Shown piece by piece: positions 1-9,362 of a DNA stretch of 64,000 nucleotides. Origin of the DNA: a virus (lineage: Duplodnaviria; Heunggongvirae; Uroviricota; Caudoviricetes); IMG/VR virus record IMGVR_UViG_3300020723_000003; one strand, given 5' to 3'. Position 1 is the first letter of the stretch, and each line of letters starts with the position of its first letter. Made by a program: the position numbers and the translations under genes. Below the pieces are notes generated by a model. The model saw nothing but the letters and a program-made list of their open reading frames with translations. It had not been told where the DNA came from and ran no database searches.

Positions 1-585
1 AAAGCTGGTGCTCAATTCGGTACTGTAACTCCTGGTATATTTGATTTAGATACTGACTCAAATGGTCGTTGGTCAGTTGAGCGTTTCAAAGGTTTGATTT
101 ATCATATCGAAAGAGAAGCTAACCAAATCGCGAAAACTACTCGTAGAGGAAAAGGTAACATCTTAATCGTTTCTTCTGATGTTGCTTCTGCTTTAGCAAT
201 GGCTGGTGTATTACAATATACTCCTGCTCTTTCTGCTGATCTACAAGTAGATGACACTGGAAATACTTTTGCTGGTTTGTTACATGGTCGTATCAAAGTT
301 TATATCGATCCTTATTTTGGTGGTTCTGCACAAAACGTAGAATTATGTACTGTTGGTTATAAAGGTACTTCTCCTTATGATTCAGGTTTATTCTACTGCC
401 CATACGTTCCTTTACAAATGGTTCGTGCAGTTGATCCTTCAACTTTCCAACCAAAAATTGGATTTAAGACTCGTTACGGTTTAGTTGCTAATCCTTTTGC
501 TGAAGGTTTAAACCAAGGTTTAGGACAATTAAATGCTCGTGCAAACTTATATTACAGAATTTTTGCTATCAAAAACTTAATGTAA
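1..585 (+). CDS. 23: Major capsid protein gp23, C-terminal portion (5' partial, continues upstream of window)
   Basis: Open frame from base 1 in the frame of ORF 94..585. T4 gp23-like C-terminal motifs (LFYCPYVPLQMVRAVDP...NPFAEGLNQGLGQLNARANLYYRIFAI). Followed by a strong terminator and the conserved g23-g3 neighbourhood. Confidence 0.8.
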   Translation, partial: KAGAQFGTVTPGIFDLDTDSNGRWSVERFKGLIYHIEREANQIAKTTRRGKGNILIVSSDVASALAMAGVLQYTPALSADLQVDDTGNTFAGLLHGRIKVYIDPYFGGSAQNVELCTVGYKGTSPYDSGLFYCPYVPLQMVRAVDPSTFQPKIGFKTRYGLVANPFAEGLNQGLGQLNARANLYYRIFAIKNLM

Positions 586-614
586 TAGAAACTATAACTT
601 CGGTTATATTAGGA

Positions 615-639
615 AAGGGGCTGAAAAGCCCCTTTTTTA
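615..639 (+). terminator. Rho-independent terminator after g23
   Basis: GGGGCT-GAAA-AGCCCC hairpin followed by a TTTTTT run. Confidence 0.8.
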
Positions 640-642
640 TGC

Positions 643-1983
643 TTAAAAGAAAGAATCAAAAGTAACAATTTCTTCTTCAATAAAATGATCTTTCCATAAT
701 TTATCAGCAACCCTTTTTACTTCAGGATTCTCTTTTCCAACAAGGGGTTGTTCATATTCTCCGCTATTATTACCTCCAAATGCAAGATTAATGAATTGTG
801 AAGCAATAGTTTTTCTATCAAACGATAAAAGTTTCTTTTGATTGTTTTTAATAATTTTAAGATAATCTTTTTCATTAATATTAAAATATTGATTGATAAG
901 ATCACCAAACTCTTTTGGTGTTGCATCATGAGGAATCATTAAATAATTTTCGTTTGGTTTAAATACTTCACCAATACCTTTTTCGTTGTCTGAAACTCCA
1001 AAATTTCTAGCAATAGGGACAACACCATTAAGCATAGAATCAACAATTACTCTATTAAAATGTTCTCCATAATTCATAGACCAACTAGGATCTAATAAAA
1101 ATTTACATGTATCAAGAATTTCGTCACGCTTATTTTCGGTAATAAATCCAATATATGAGAATTTTCCTGAATTTGCAGCATTGTCCCAAATTGGCATATT
1201 TAATCTATCACTACCAGCATTTGGATCTAATTGTTTTGTACAATGATATTCTGGCTTACACTTATCAACGGAAGTCATATAATTCCTTTCAATCCCATCA
1301 CCAGCTACAATAACATATCCATCAATATAGGGAACTGCTGCAATTAAATCATCAACCCTTTTCCACCGCTTAAATGTTTGTAAAGATAAAATTTTATCTT
1401 CTTTTAAAGCAAAAGATGGTATTTTCTGTTTTGATAAATCTTGAGGATTTAAAATTAAATTTCTTGGAACAGTTAAAAAATTAGCTGATTTTACTGCTGA
1501 TGGGTGAACACAAGCAAGACCTGAAAATTTATGTTGAAATTTATATATCCAAGAATAATTCTTAATAAGATTTCCGTCATGAATAACAACAATTTGTTTT
1601 GCTGTTACATCTTCAATCATTGGAGTCCAATCAAGAAAGTGTTCTGTTTCTGAATTTTTAAACCCAAAAATAGATTGCCAAATAACCAAATCATGTTTAT
1701 TTGCATCTTCCACAAATCTAGAAATTTCATTAGTGTTCTTTAAAGCATAATACGGACAAATCCAACCCTTTCCTTGATGGACTGGATATCCAGTCCCCAC
1801 ACCAATCTCATATCCTTCTTTTAAAGAATAATCAAGATCTCCTTTCTGAGGAGTTTTTGTTGGTTTCACAAATGCAAATGTCACATCATGACCAAGTTCT
1901 TTTAATCCAGCACATAACTGCTCATTATGATTAATAATTCCACCAAAATTATTAAACACATGCATAACTACAAATATTTTCAT
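643..1983 (-). CDS. GT-B fold glycosyltransferase (GT4-like)
   Basis: N-terminal MKIFVV...FGG motif. C-terminal EHFNRVIVDSMLNGVVPIARNFG resembles the GT1/GT4 EX7E donor-binding motif. Lies on the opposite strand between g23 and g3. Confidence 0.5.
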   Translation of the reverse strand: MKIFVVMHVFNNFGGIINHNEQLCAGLKELGHDVTFAFVKPTKTPQKGDLDYSLKEGYEIGVGTGYPVHQGKGWICPYYALKNTNEISRFVEDANKHDLVIWQSIFGFKNSETEHFLDWTPMIEDVTAKQIVVIHDGNLIKNYSWIYKFQHKFSGLACVHPSAVKSANFLTVPRNLILNPQDLSKQKIPSFALKEDKILSLQTFKRWKRVDDLIAAVPYIDGYVIVAGDGIERNYMTSVDKCKPEYHCTKQLDPNAGSDRLNMPIWDNAANSGKFSYIGFITENKRDEILDTCKFLLDPSWSMNYGEHFNRVIVDSMLNGVVPIARNFGVSDNEKGIGEVFKPNENYLMIPHDATPKEFGDLINQYFNINEKDYLKIIKNNQKKLLSFDRKTIASQFINLAFGGNNSGEYEQPLVGKENPEVKRVADKLWKDHFIEEEIVTFDSFF

Positions 1984-1995
1984 TTAATTCTCGCC

Positions 1996-3414
1996 TCAGA
2001 AGAAATCTTCAATACCATTTAATTCAAATGATTTTTTTAACCATGGATGATGTTTTTCTAACCATTCATCACCTTGATCGCCTTTGGATTTTAAATAATC
2101 ATACCACTCTTTTGCTCTAGCATAATCGTGATGTTTGTCTTCAGAGTCAGCCCACATTCCTGGACTTATTCCATTCCAACGGTTTCTTTGTTCTGGATGA
2201 TCTTTGTTTAATCTTCTTGATTCAACAAATATTCTTCTTTCTTGTTCATACTCAAAAGAACCTAATTCAGCCATAGATTCATGAGTAAATGCAATTATTG
2301 ATAATCTTTCTGCATCAGGATCCTCAAGAACAATTGGTGTATTTCCATGTAAACCAACAGTATTTAAAACTAATAATAAATCTCTTGGTCTAACATTTAC
2401 AGCATAACCAATTTCAGGGAATGTTAGATAACCACCAGAAAACTTATCATTATTGCTCATGACACATAAATTTGCCATCCCTAATTCCATATTCTTGGCG
2501 TCATGATGTGCTGCAGTTCTAAAATTACGATTCACAGTTACTGTTGTAAATGGAGTTCCTGGAACTCGAAATTTAGAATCAATTTTTTCTGCTACTTCCA
2601 TTTGATTACTAAATCTCCATGGAAGTAATTCTTTAAATCCTTTAGATAAGGATTGTAAAAATGGATATGCTAATGCAAATTCTTCTGGATTATCTCTGGT
2701 ATAAGATGTTGCTCTACCATATGGAATTCTTGGATATCTTGAATACCAACCAGAAATGCCACTATTAACAACATTAGCATAAGTTGTATCGCTAATATAA
2801 TTATCTAAAATATCTTGTGCTTTCTTTTTTGCAATATCTACCTCTTCGTCACACAATGAATTTGCAAAATCATCAAATATAAAATTATTTGCTTTGATTT
2901 TTTCGGTCAACCAAACAACACCCCTACTCTCATCAGATTTTAATGTTTTATATTTCTCTCTAATTATATTAATTTCTTTTCTTGGATTTCTTTCTCCAAA
3001 AATATCAGAAATATTATTTTTTAAAAAATGTTCAAGAATATCGAATTGCTCATCTGTAACCCATTCTCTTCCGCCACATGTACCTGTTCTTGGTCCACCA
3101 GCAATACCTCTATTTTGAGTTTCAACTGCTGCTTCTCGTAATCCAGCATAAGCTGAATCAGCTTCTTCTTGTGTAAAGAAGTTTTTACGGAATTTAAAAA
3201 CAATATTTTTTTCGTTCAACCCCTTTCCACAATGCCCACAATCCATATTTTTTTCACAATTTTCTTCAGCTGTGAAATCAGCACAATCTGGTGGTAAATA
3301 TATATCACAATCTTCTTCTATCAATGTATGATAATGTGAATCATCTAACCATTGACCTATTAAATCTGGTCTTGGTATAACTTCTTCAGGTTTTAATACA
3401 ATTACTTTTGTCAT
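1996..3414 (-). CDS. 2OG-Fe(II) oxygenase domain protein with N-terminal Cys-rich region
   Basis: C-terminal HHD ... about 60 aa ... HGNTPIV ... RLS is consistent with the HxD...H facial triad plus RxS 2-oxoglutarate-binding motif. N-terminal CxxC pairs (MDCGHCGKG). Confidence 0.45.
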   Translation of the reverse strand: MTKVIVLKPEEVIPRPDLIGQWLDDSHYHTLIEEDCDIYLPPDCADFTAEENCEKNMDCGHCGKGLNEKNIVFKFRKNFFTQEEADSAYAGLREAAVETQNRGIAGGPRTGTCGGREWVTDEQFDILEHFLKNNISDIFGERNPRKEINIIREKYKTLKSDESRGVVWLTEKIKANNFIFDDFANSLCDEEVDIAKKKAQDILDNYISDTTYANVVNSGISGWYSRYPRIPYGRATSYTRDNPEEFALAYPFLQSLSKGFKELLPWRFSNQMEVAEKIDSKFRVPGTPFTTVTVNRNFRTAAHHDAKNMELGMANLCVMSNNDKFSGGYLTFPEIGYAVNVRPRDLLLVLNTVGLHGNTPIVLEDPDAERLSIIAFTHESMAELGSFEYEQERRIFVESRRLNKDHPEQRNRWNGISPGMWADSEDKHHDYARAKEWYDYLKSKGDQGDEWLEKHHPWLKKSFELNGIEDFF

Positions 3415-3528
3415 TTTTTGATCCTATTAATATTAATACTCATAGTTTACTATACTTTTTAAATAAAGTAAAGCGCTTTTTGTTATTTAGAAAAATATAA
3501 ATATAGTAATAAAACAAAGGAACTTAAA

Positions 3529-4059
3529 ATGGCTGCACAAGACTTTTCTCCATGTGATCAAGATATTTTGCAATCTGCAAAATTTATCTTTACTATTCCT
3601 AGATTAACCTCTACACAATTCTTTTGTCAGGCAGCAAATATTCCTGGAATATCAACACATGCAAAATATCAAACTACTACATTTTTAGACCTAGCAATTC
3701 CAGGCGATAAAATAATTTTTGAGGATTTAAATATAGAATTTTTGTTAGATGAGGAATTGCAGTCATGGATTGGAATAAGTGAATGGATGCGGGGTATTGC
3801 GTTTCCTGAAAATTTTGATCAATATATAAATTTAAGGCATCAATCAAAATATAGTGAACGAGTAGAATTCCCTCAATATGCTGATGCAGAATTGGTTGTT
3901 TTATCTTCATCAAATCAACCAACAGTAAAAGTATATTTTAAAGATTTATTTCCTATTTCTTTATCTGCGATAGACTTTGATATAAGATTGAGTTCTGAAA
4001 AAGTAATGACAGCATCTGCGTCCTTTAAATATAAAAGGTATGATGTAGAAATATTGTAG
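3529..4059 (+). CDS. 3: Tail completion/sheath stabiliser gp3 (assigned by size and synteny)
   Basis: 176 aa, same as T4 gp3. Position g23-g3-uvsY-uvsW matches cyanomyovirus core order. TATAAATA late promoter about 35 nt upstream. Confidence 0.5.
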   Translation: MAAQDFSPCDQDILQSAKFIFTIPRLTSTQFFCQAANIPGISTHAKYQTTTFLDLAIPGDKIIFEDLNIEFLLDEELQSWIGISEWMRGIAFPENFDQYINLRHQSKYSERVEFPQYADAELVVLSSSNQPTVKVYFKDLFPISLSAIDFDIRLSSEKVMTASASFKYKRYDVEIL

Positions 4060-4092
4060 TACCTATATAAATTTATTTGAGAATTAATTATT

Positions 4093-4533
4093 ATGCTAAA
4101 ACTTGATCAAATCATTGAGGAATGGAAATCTGATTGTAAAATAGATGAAACAGACCCTCAACACGAACTAATAAAAACCCCATTGCTCCATGCAAAATAT
4201 ATTGAAATATTGTCTCAACAAAGACTAGCATCACATAAAATGAAATTTAACCACTCAAAAATGAAAAAAATCAGAAGGGAATATTATTTTGGGAATTTAG
4301 ACAAAGAAACCCTTGATGAATATGGGTGGGAGCAGTTTGATCTTAGGATTGGAACTAAAGGTAATGTAGATTACTACTTAGATTCAGACGAGAATTTAAT
4401 AAGACTTCTTGAAAAAAAAGCTTATTATGATGAATGTGTATCAATATGCGAATCAATTCTAAAAGAATTGTCTGCTCGTACTTGGCAACTCAGGGAATTT
4501 ATGCAATATAACAAATTTTTGGCTGGTGGATAA
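4093..4533 (+). CDS. uvsY: UvsY recombination mediator
   Basis: 146 aa. N-terminal LxDLQEEL-like pattern and C-terminal region similar to T4 UvsY. Synteny. Late-type TATAAAT upstream. Confidence 0.75.
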   Translation: MLKLDQIIEEWKSDCKIDETDPQHELIKTPLLHAKYIEILSQQRLASHKMKFNHSKMKKIRREYYFGNLDKETLDEYGWEQFDLRIGTKGNVDYYLDSDENLIRLLEKKAYYDECVSICESILKELSARTWQLREFMQYNKFLAGG

Positions 4534-6038
4534 TGATAGAAGTACATAAAATAAACGAATCCTTTGTTATCCTTAAATGCGATAGAGGAATAGCCCAAGA
4601 ATTATCTGAATATTTTTCGTTTCTAGTTCCTGGTTACAAATATATGCCTGCATTTAAAAATAAAATGTGGGATGGAAAATTAAGATTAGCTAAACTTCTT
4701 CCAAATGGTGATGTTGAATTTTATGTCGGATTAATTAACCAACTAGAAATATTTTGTTCGGACAGAGAATATTCCCTAATTAAAAATTATGATGATCGTT
4801 TGAATTTAATTTCATCAGAAGAATTACAATGCTTTATTGAAAAATTAAATATACATTCTTACGGAAAACGTATTGAAGTTAGAGATTATCAATTTGAATG
4901 TGTGTTAGATTTTTTAAATACGAAAAGAATGGTAGGATTAAGTCCAACCAGTTCTGGAAAGAGTCTGATTCTTTATATTATAATACGCTATTTAATACAA
5001 AATACTTGTAAAAAAACATTATTAATTGTACCAAATGTATCATTATGCCACCAATTAGCCTCAGATTTTGTAGATTATGCATCACACAATAAATGGGATT
5101 CTGATAATCATATACATCTAGTGTTTTCCGGAAAAGATAAAGATGCTGATAAAGAAATAATTTTATCTACATGGCAATCTTTATATACCATAAAAGATAA
5201 AAATTACTTTAAACAATTTGATCTTGTTATTTGTGATGAAGCGCATCTTTCTTCAGGAAAAGAAATAACTACTATAATAGAAAAGTGTATTAATGCTGAA
5301 TATAGAATTGGTGTAACTGGTACTCTAAATGGTCAAAAAATACATTCATTGCAGTTAGAATCATTATTTGGTCCAGTAAAAAAAGTTATTACAACAAAAG
5401 AATTAATGGATAATAATCAAGTAACAAATTTAGCCATTAAATGTATTGTATTAAAGTATCCAGAAGAAATAACAAAACTTACCCAAAATTTAAAATACCA
5501 AGAAGAATTAGATTTTATTATATCAAATAAAGAAAGAAATAAATTTATTAAAAATCTAACTTTATCTCTTAAAGGAAATACATTATTGTTGTATCAATTC
5601 GTAGAAAAGCATGGAGATGTGTTATATAACCTTATTTCTAATTCGAAATTTGCACAAGATAAAATTGTATACTATATACATGGAGATATAAAAGCGGAAG
5701 AAAGGGAATCTATAAGAAAGGCGATGGAGACTCAAAATAATGTTATTCTAATAGGTTCTGTTGGTACTGTTTCTACTGGAACAAATATTAAAAACTTACA
5801 CAACATTATTTTTGCAAGTCCAAGCAAATCAAGAGTTAGAAATCTCCAAGCAATTGGAAGGGTTCTTCGACTTAATGAGAATAAGGATAAAGCTATCCTT
5901 TATGATTTAGCAGACGATCTGAGGTATAAAAAGCATCAAAATTATACTATTCTTCATTTTAAAGAAAGAATTAAAATTTACAATGAAGAAAAATTTAATT
6001 ATAAATTGATTAATATTGATCTAGATCAGACCCTATAG
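4533..6038 (+). CDS. uvsW: UvsW DNA/RNA helicase (SF2)
   Basis: Walker A SPTSSGKS, DEAH box VICDEAH, helicase C motifs. Synteny after uvsY. Confidence 0.85.
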   Translation: MIEVHKINESFVILKCDRGIAQELSEYFSFLVPGYKYMPAFKNKMWDGKLRLAKLLPNGDVEFYVGLINQLEIFCSDREYSLIKNYDDRLNLISSEELQCFIEKLNIHSYGKRIEVRDYQFECVLDFLNTKRMVGLSPTSSGKSLILYIIIRYLIQNTCKKTLLIVPNVSLCHQLASDFVDYASHNKWDSDNHIHLVFSGKDKDADKEIILSTWQSLYTIKDKNYFKQFDLVICDEAHLSSGKEITTIIEKCINAEYRIGVTGTLNGQKIHSLQLESLFGPVKKVITTKELMDNNQVTNLAIKCIVLKYPEEITKLTQNLKYQEELDFIISNKERNKFIKNLTLSLKGNTLLLYQFVEKHGDVLYNLISNSKFAQDKIVYYIHGDIKAEERESIRKAMETQNNVILIGSVGTVSTGTNIKNLHNIIFASPSKSRVRNLQAIGRVLRLNENKDKAILYDLADDLRYKKHQNYTILHFKERIKIYNEEKFNYKLINIDLDQTL

Positions 6039-6142
6039 ATCTTAATTACGGCTAACTGGAGGCTTACTGTTTAATGATATTTTTTAATTGACCTTATAGT
6101 ATCAATTAGTAATTATCTATCTTCAAATGCTTTAAAATGATG

Positions 6143-6422
6143 GTTGCGAGCGCAGCGAAGCAGGAGCGAAGCGACTTAATAAGACCTAATTGAATTTAAT
6201 TAATACTATCTCTACTTTAAAAATATTAATTGAATTTAAACTACATCGAGTTGCTTTAACTCGTCGCTTCGCTCCTGCTTCGCTGCGCTCGCACAACATC
6301 TATTTTGTTTAATATTAGATTTAAACTACATCGAGTTGCTTTAACTCGTCGCTTCGCTCCTGCTTCGCTGCGCTCGCACAACATCTATTTTGTTTAATAT
6401 TAGATTTAAGCAGCAGCGAAGG
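6143..6422. repeat. GC-rich inverted/tandem repeat element
   Basis: Arm A (6143..6175, GTTGCGAGCGCAGCGAAGCAGGAGCGAAGCGAC) is the reverse complement of arm B. Arm B occurs twice inside two tandem 85-bp units (6235..6319 and 6320..6404), each of which also carries a small hairpin CGAGTTgctttAACTCG. A partial GCAGCGAAGGA copy lies at 6412..6422. Confidence 0.8.
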
Positions 6423-6430
6423 ATATGACA

Positions 6431-6462
6431 CCCCATTTTCAGGGGGCATCAAAATTTTTTTT
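6431..6462 (+). terminator. Possible weak terminator (CCCC-attttca-GGGGG hairpin then T-run)
   Basis: Hairpin 6431..6446 followed, after catcaaaa, by T8. The spacing is not ideal. Confidence 0.3.
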
Positions 6463-6883
6463 AGATTTATGACAGTAAGTATTTTTATTTGAATCCGCAT
6501 TATTGGGCTCTGTACCTTACCCCACTTACTACGATTTTTAAAGAGAACTCGGTGTCAGTTTCTCTATATAATGCTTTTTATGAATTCTAGATCGAATAAA
6601 ATATATTAACAAGTTAATGTTCTATTCTGACCTTTATTTAACCTTTTACGATTATCTTAACCGAATCCCAGAACGGCTGGTACGATTTAAGGCATCCCTT
6701 TCGGGGCAGAAGATAAAAGACTACGGTATGAAGCGTAGATTTGGAGTACCATCTCCTTTAAGAATGGATTTTCCGGTGAAATATAAATCGGCTCACCAAC
6801 CTTTAAACTCATACATTTATAGTTAATATTTAGTCAATACTAAATACACATAAATCAAAGTCTACTATAACATTTAAAAAAAG

Positions 6884-7111
6884 TCAAGCATTATTTTTAA
6901 TTTTTTTCTTGTATCCTTTTTCGTAGCATAATTTTTTTCTAGGTTTCTTTTTTTGTTTTGTATATTTATGTTCTTCGTAATATGCTTCTAATTTTCTAAA
7001 CATATTAATATCTGTTGTATACCAGCGCCTATATTGGTGGTCAAAGTAAATCCCAATTCTTTTAGCTCGGTCTAACTGTTCTTTATTATCAAATTGTAAA
7101 TATGTTATCAT
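6884..7111 (-). CDS. Hypothetical small basic protein
   Basis: 75-aa ORF with a Lys-rich C-terminus. Only reverse-strand ORF in this interval that does not sit inside another gene. Confidence 0.35.
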   Translation of the reverse strand: MITYLQFDNKEQLDRAKRIGIYFDHQYRRWYTTDINMFRKLEAYYEEHKYTKQKKKPRKKLCYEKGYKKKIKNNA

Positions 7112-7176
7112 ATTAAAATACCGTTTAAATAAAAATATATATAATTATATATTAATGTTATTTTGAGGTTTGTATT

Positions 7177-7560
7177 ATGATTGAAAAGTTTGAATTGAAA
7201 ATTATTAGAATGAAGACGGGCGAAGATCTTATTGGTTTTTGTTTTGAAGATAGAATTAATAATAAGATAATAATAAAATACCCAAAAACATTTTATTCCT
7301 ATATAGATCCAGATACAAGTGATGAAGAGATTGTCCTTATTGATTGGCTTCCTAAACTTGCTTTTTATTCGCAAGAAGTTAAATTTGATTCCAGCAACGT
7401 TTTATTTTCATCTTATACGAATACTGCATTTGGTTATCAATACCTTTCTGTGATACAAGATTCATTAGATGAGACGACAGAATTAGCAACAAAAATACAA
7501 AAATTGTTATCTGAAACAAAAGATTCTTTTCCTGAAGTTAAAAATGATATATTACATTAA
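7177..7560 (+). CDS. Hypothetical protein
   Basis: 127-aa ORF with non-repetitive, acidic composition. Precedes an early promoter. Confidence 0.45.
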   Translation: MIEKFELKIIRMKTGEDLIGFCFEDRINNKIIIKYPKTFYSYIDPDTSDEEIVLIDWLPKLAFYSQEVKFDSSNVLFSSYTNTAFGYQYLSVIQDSLDETTELATKIQKLLSETKDSFPEVKNDILH

Positions 7561-7565
7561 AACTA

Positions 7566-7594
7566 TTGACTTTTTTATAATTCTATAGTATAAT
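7566..7594 (+). promoter_or_regulatory. Early sigma70-type promoter (TTGACT-17-TATAAT, extended TATAGTATAAT)
   Basis: TTGACT at 7566, 17-bp spacer, TATAAT at 7589. The same extended -10 TATAGTATAAT is seen at 18260, 47795 and 55798. Confidence 0.7.
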
Positions 7595-7623
7595 TGGAAA
7601 AAGTGTAATAATATGAGGTTAAA

Positions 7624-8295
7624 ATGAAAGAATTAGATTTAGATTTAGATATAAGGTTTGATGAAGTCATACCAGAAGAAATTATTCCTGAGGAAATCTT
7701 TTTAGATGATCCTATAAAAGACGAAACTGTAAAAGTTAAAAGGAAGAAGGTTCCAAAGAATTATATTAATAATGCAGATTTTTATGAAGCTATTGTAGAA
7801 TATAAGAAAAAATGTGATTTAGCTAAAGAAAATGGAACAAAAAAACCGATTGTTTCCAATTATATTGGTGAGTGTTTTACAAAGTTAGCAGAGGGTCTTT
7901 CTAGAAGACCAAATTTTTTCGGTTATTCTTATCGTGATGAAATGGTTTCTGATGGTATAGAAAATTGTTTGAGATATATTGAAAATTTTAATCCAGAAAA
8001 AACAAAAAACCCTTTTGCATATTTTACCCAAATATTATGGTGGGCTTTTGTTCGTAGAATTAAAAAAGAAAAAACACAACAATACATCAAATATAAAGCT
8101 ACAGAAAATTTTGGTATTTTAGATACTGCTGAATTGATGGAATTGGGTGATGGAAATATTAAACAAATTGAAGTTTATGATAATTTATATGAGTATATTA
8201 AGAAATTTGAAGAAACATCTTTAAAGAAAACAGAAAAACCCATAAAAGAAAAGCAAATTAAAGTTTGTGGAATTGAAACTTTCTTGGAGGGTTAA
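7624..8295 (+). CDS. 55: Late-transcription sigma factor gp55
   Basis: Strong similarity to T4 gp55 blocks (KNPFAYFTQ vs KNPHAYITQ; RRIKKEK vs QRIKKER; GLSRRPNFFGYSY vs GLSKRFNFSGYTQ). Synteny before g47. Confidence 0.9.
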   Translation: MKELDLDLDIRFDEVIPEEIIPEEIFLDDPIKDETVKVKRKKVPKNYINNADFYEAIVEYKKKCDLAKENGTKKPIVSNYIGECFTKLAEGLSRRPNFFGYSYRDEMVSDGIENCLRYIENFNPEKTKNPFAYFTQILWWAFVRRIKKEKTQQYIKYKATENFGILDTAELMELGDGNIKQIEVYDNLYEYIKKFEETSLKKTEKPIKEKQIKVCGIETFLEG

Positions 8296-9362
8296 TGAAA
8301 TTCGTTTTTCTTGGCGATACACATTTCGGTTGTAGAAATGCGAATCAACACCTTCAAGGTTTATTTGAAAAATTTTATTCAGAAACATTCTTTCCATATT
8401 TACTTAAAAATGATATAAAATTAGTTATACAACTTGGTGATATTTTTGATTCTAGAAAATATTCTAATCATAATGCTTTGCATGAAGCAAAGAAGATGTT
8501 TTTCTCTAAATTCGAAGAATATGATATAAAACTTATAACATTACTTGGGAATCATGATATTGCTTTTAAAGAATCGTTATCTGTCAGTTCGTCAGATTTA
8601 TTTTTATCTCAGTTTGAGAATGTTGAAGTAATAAAAGAACCATCTAGAATATTAAAAGATGGTGTTAGTATAGATATTATTCCGTGGATCTGTAAAGAAA
8701 ATTATGAAGAATGTGTTAAATTTATAAAACAATCAAGTTCTGAAATGTGTGTCGGCCATTTTGAAATCCAAGGTTTTAAAATGTATCAAGGTGGTATTTC
8801 TTCTGAGCATGGATTATCAGAAAAAACTTTTTCTAATTATGATAGAGTTTTGTCTGGCCATTATCATCACAGGTCTAAGAAAGGTAATATAGAATATATT
8901 GGTACACCTTATGAAATGACTTGGCAAGATTTTGGCGACCAAAAAGGTTTTCATTTGTTTGATACAGAAACTAGAAAACTACAATTTATTAAAAACCCCT
9001 TTTCAATTTATGTAAAGGTTGATTATGATGATACTGGTGTTGAAATAACAAATTCAAGTTATTTGGATAAAGAGTATCTTGAACAATTTAAATCTAAATA
9101 TGTAAAAATACAAGTAAAAGAAAAAACAAATCCATATCTTTATGATTTGTTTATTGATCAAGTATATGCACAAAACCCTATAGATGTTTCTACAATAGAA
9201 GAAATTGTTGATACTGAGGTTGAGGATTCTATTGATGAAACAGATGATACATTGACAATCACATACAAATATATTGATGGAATAAATCAACAAGATTTAG
9301 ATAAAGTTAAATTGAAAAATATAATGAATAGTTTATATAATGATGCGTTGGCGGTAGAATGA
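8295..9362 (+). CDS. 47: Recombination endonuclease subunit gp47 (Mre11-like)
   Basis: Calcineurin-like phosphoesterase motifs LGDTHFG, LLGNHD, SGHYHH. Synteny. Confidence 0.85.
   Translation: MKFVFLGDTHFGCRNANQHLQGLFEKFYSETFFPYLLKNDIKLVIQLGDIFDSRKYSNHNALHEAKKMFFSKFEEYDIKLITLLGNHDIAFKESLSVSSSDLFLSQFENVEVIKEPSRILKDGVSIDIIPWICKENYEECVKFIKQSSSEMCVGHFEIQGFKMYQGGISSEHGLSEKTFSNYDRVLSGHYHHRSKKGNIEYIGTPYEMTWQDFGDQKGFHLFDTETRKLQFIKNPFSIYVKVDYDDTGVEITNSSYLDKEYLEQFKSKYVKIQVKEKTNPYLYDLFIDQVYAQNPIDVSTIEEIVDTEVEDSIDETDDTLTITYKYIDGINQQDLDKVKLKNIMNSLYNDALAVE

Noticed and set aside
6617-6826. 69-aa + ORF
   Set aside because: No RBS. It lies in a hairpin-dense, compositionally odd segment better explained as structured RNA or a mobile-element remnant. 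Kept only as a finding, not a CDS.
7108-7374. 88-aa minus-strand ORF
   Set aside because: Low-complexity (I/Y/F/N-rich) translation of AT-rich DNA, overlapping the more plausible + strand ORF 7177..7560 and an intergenic promoter region.
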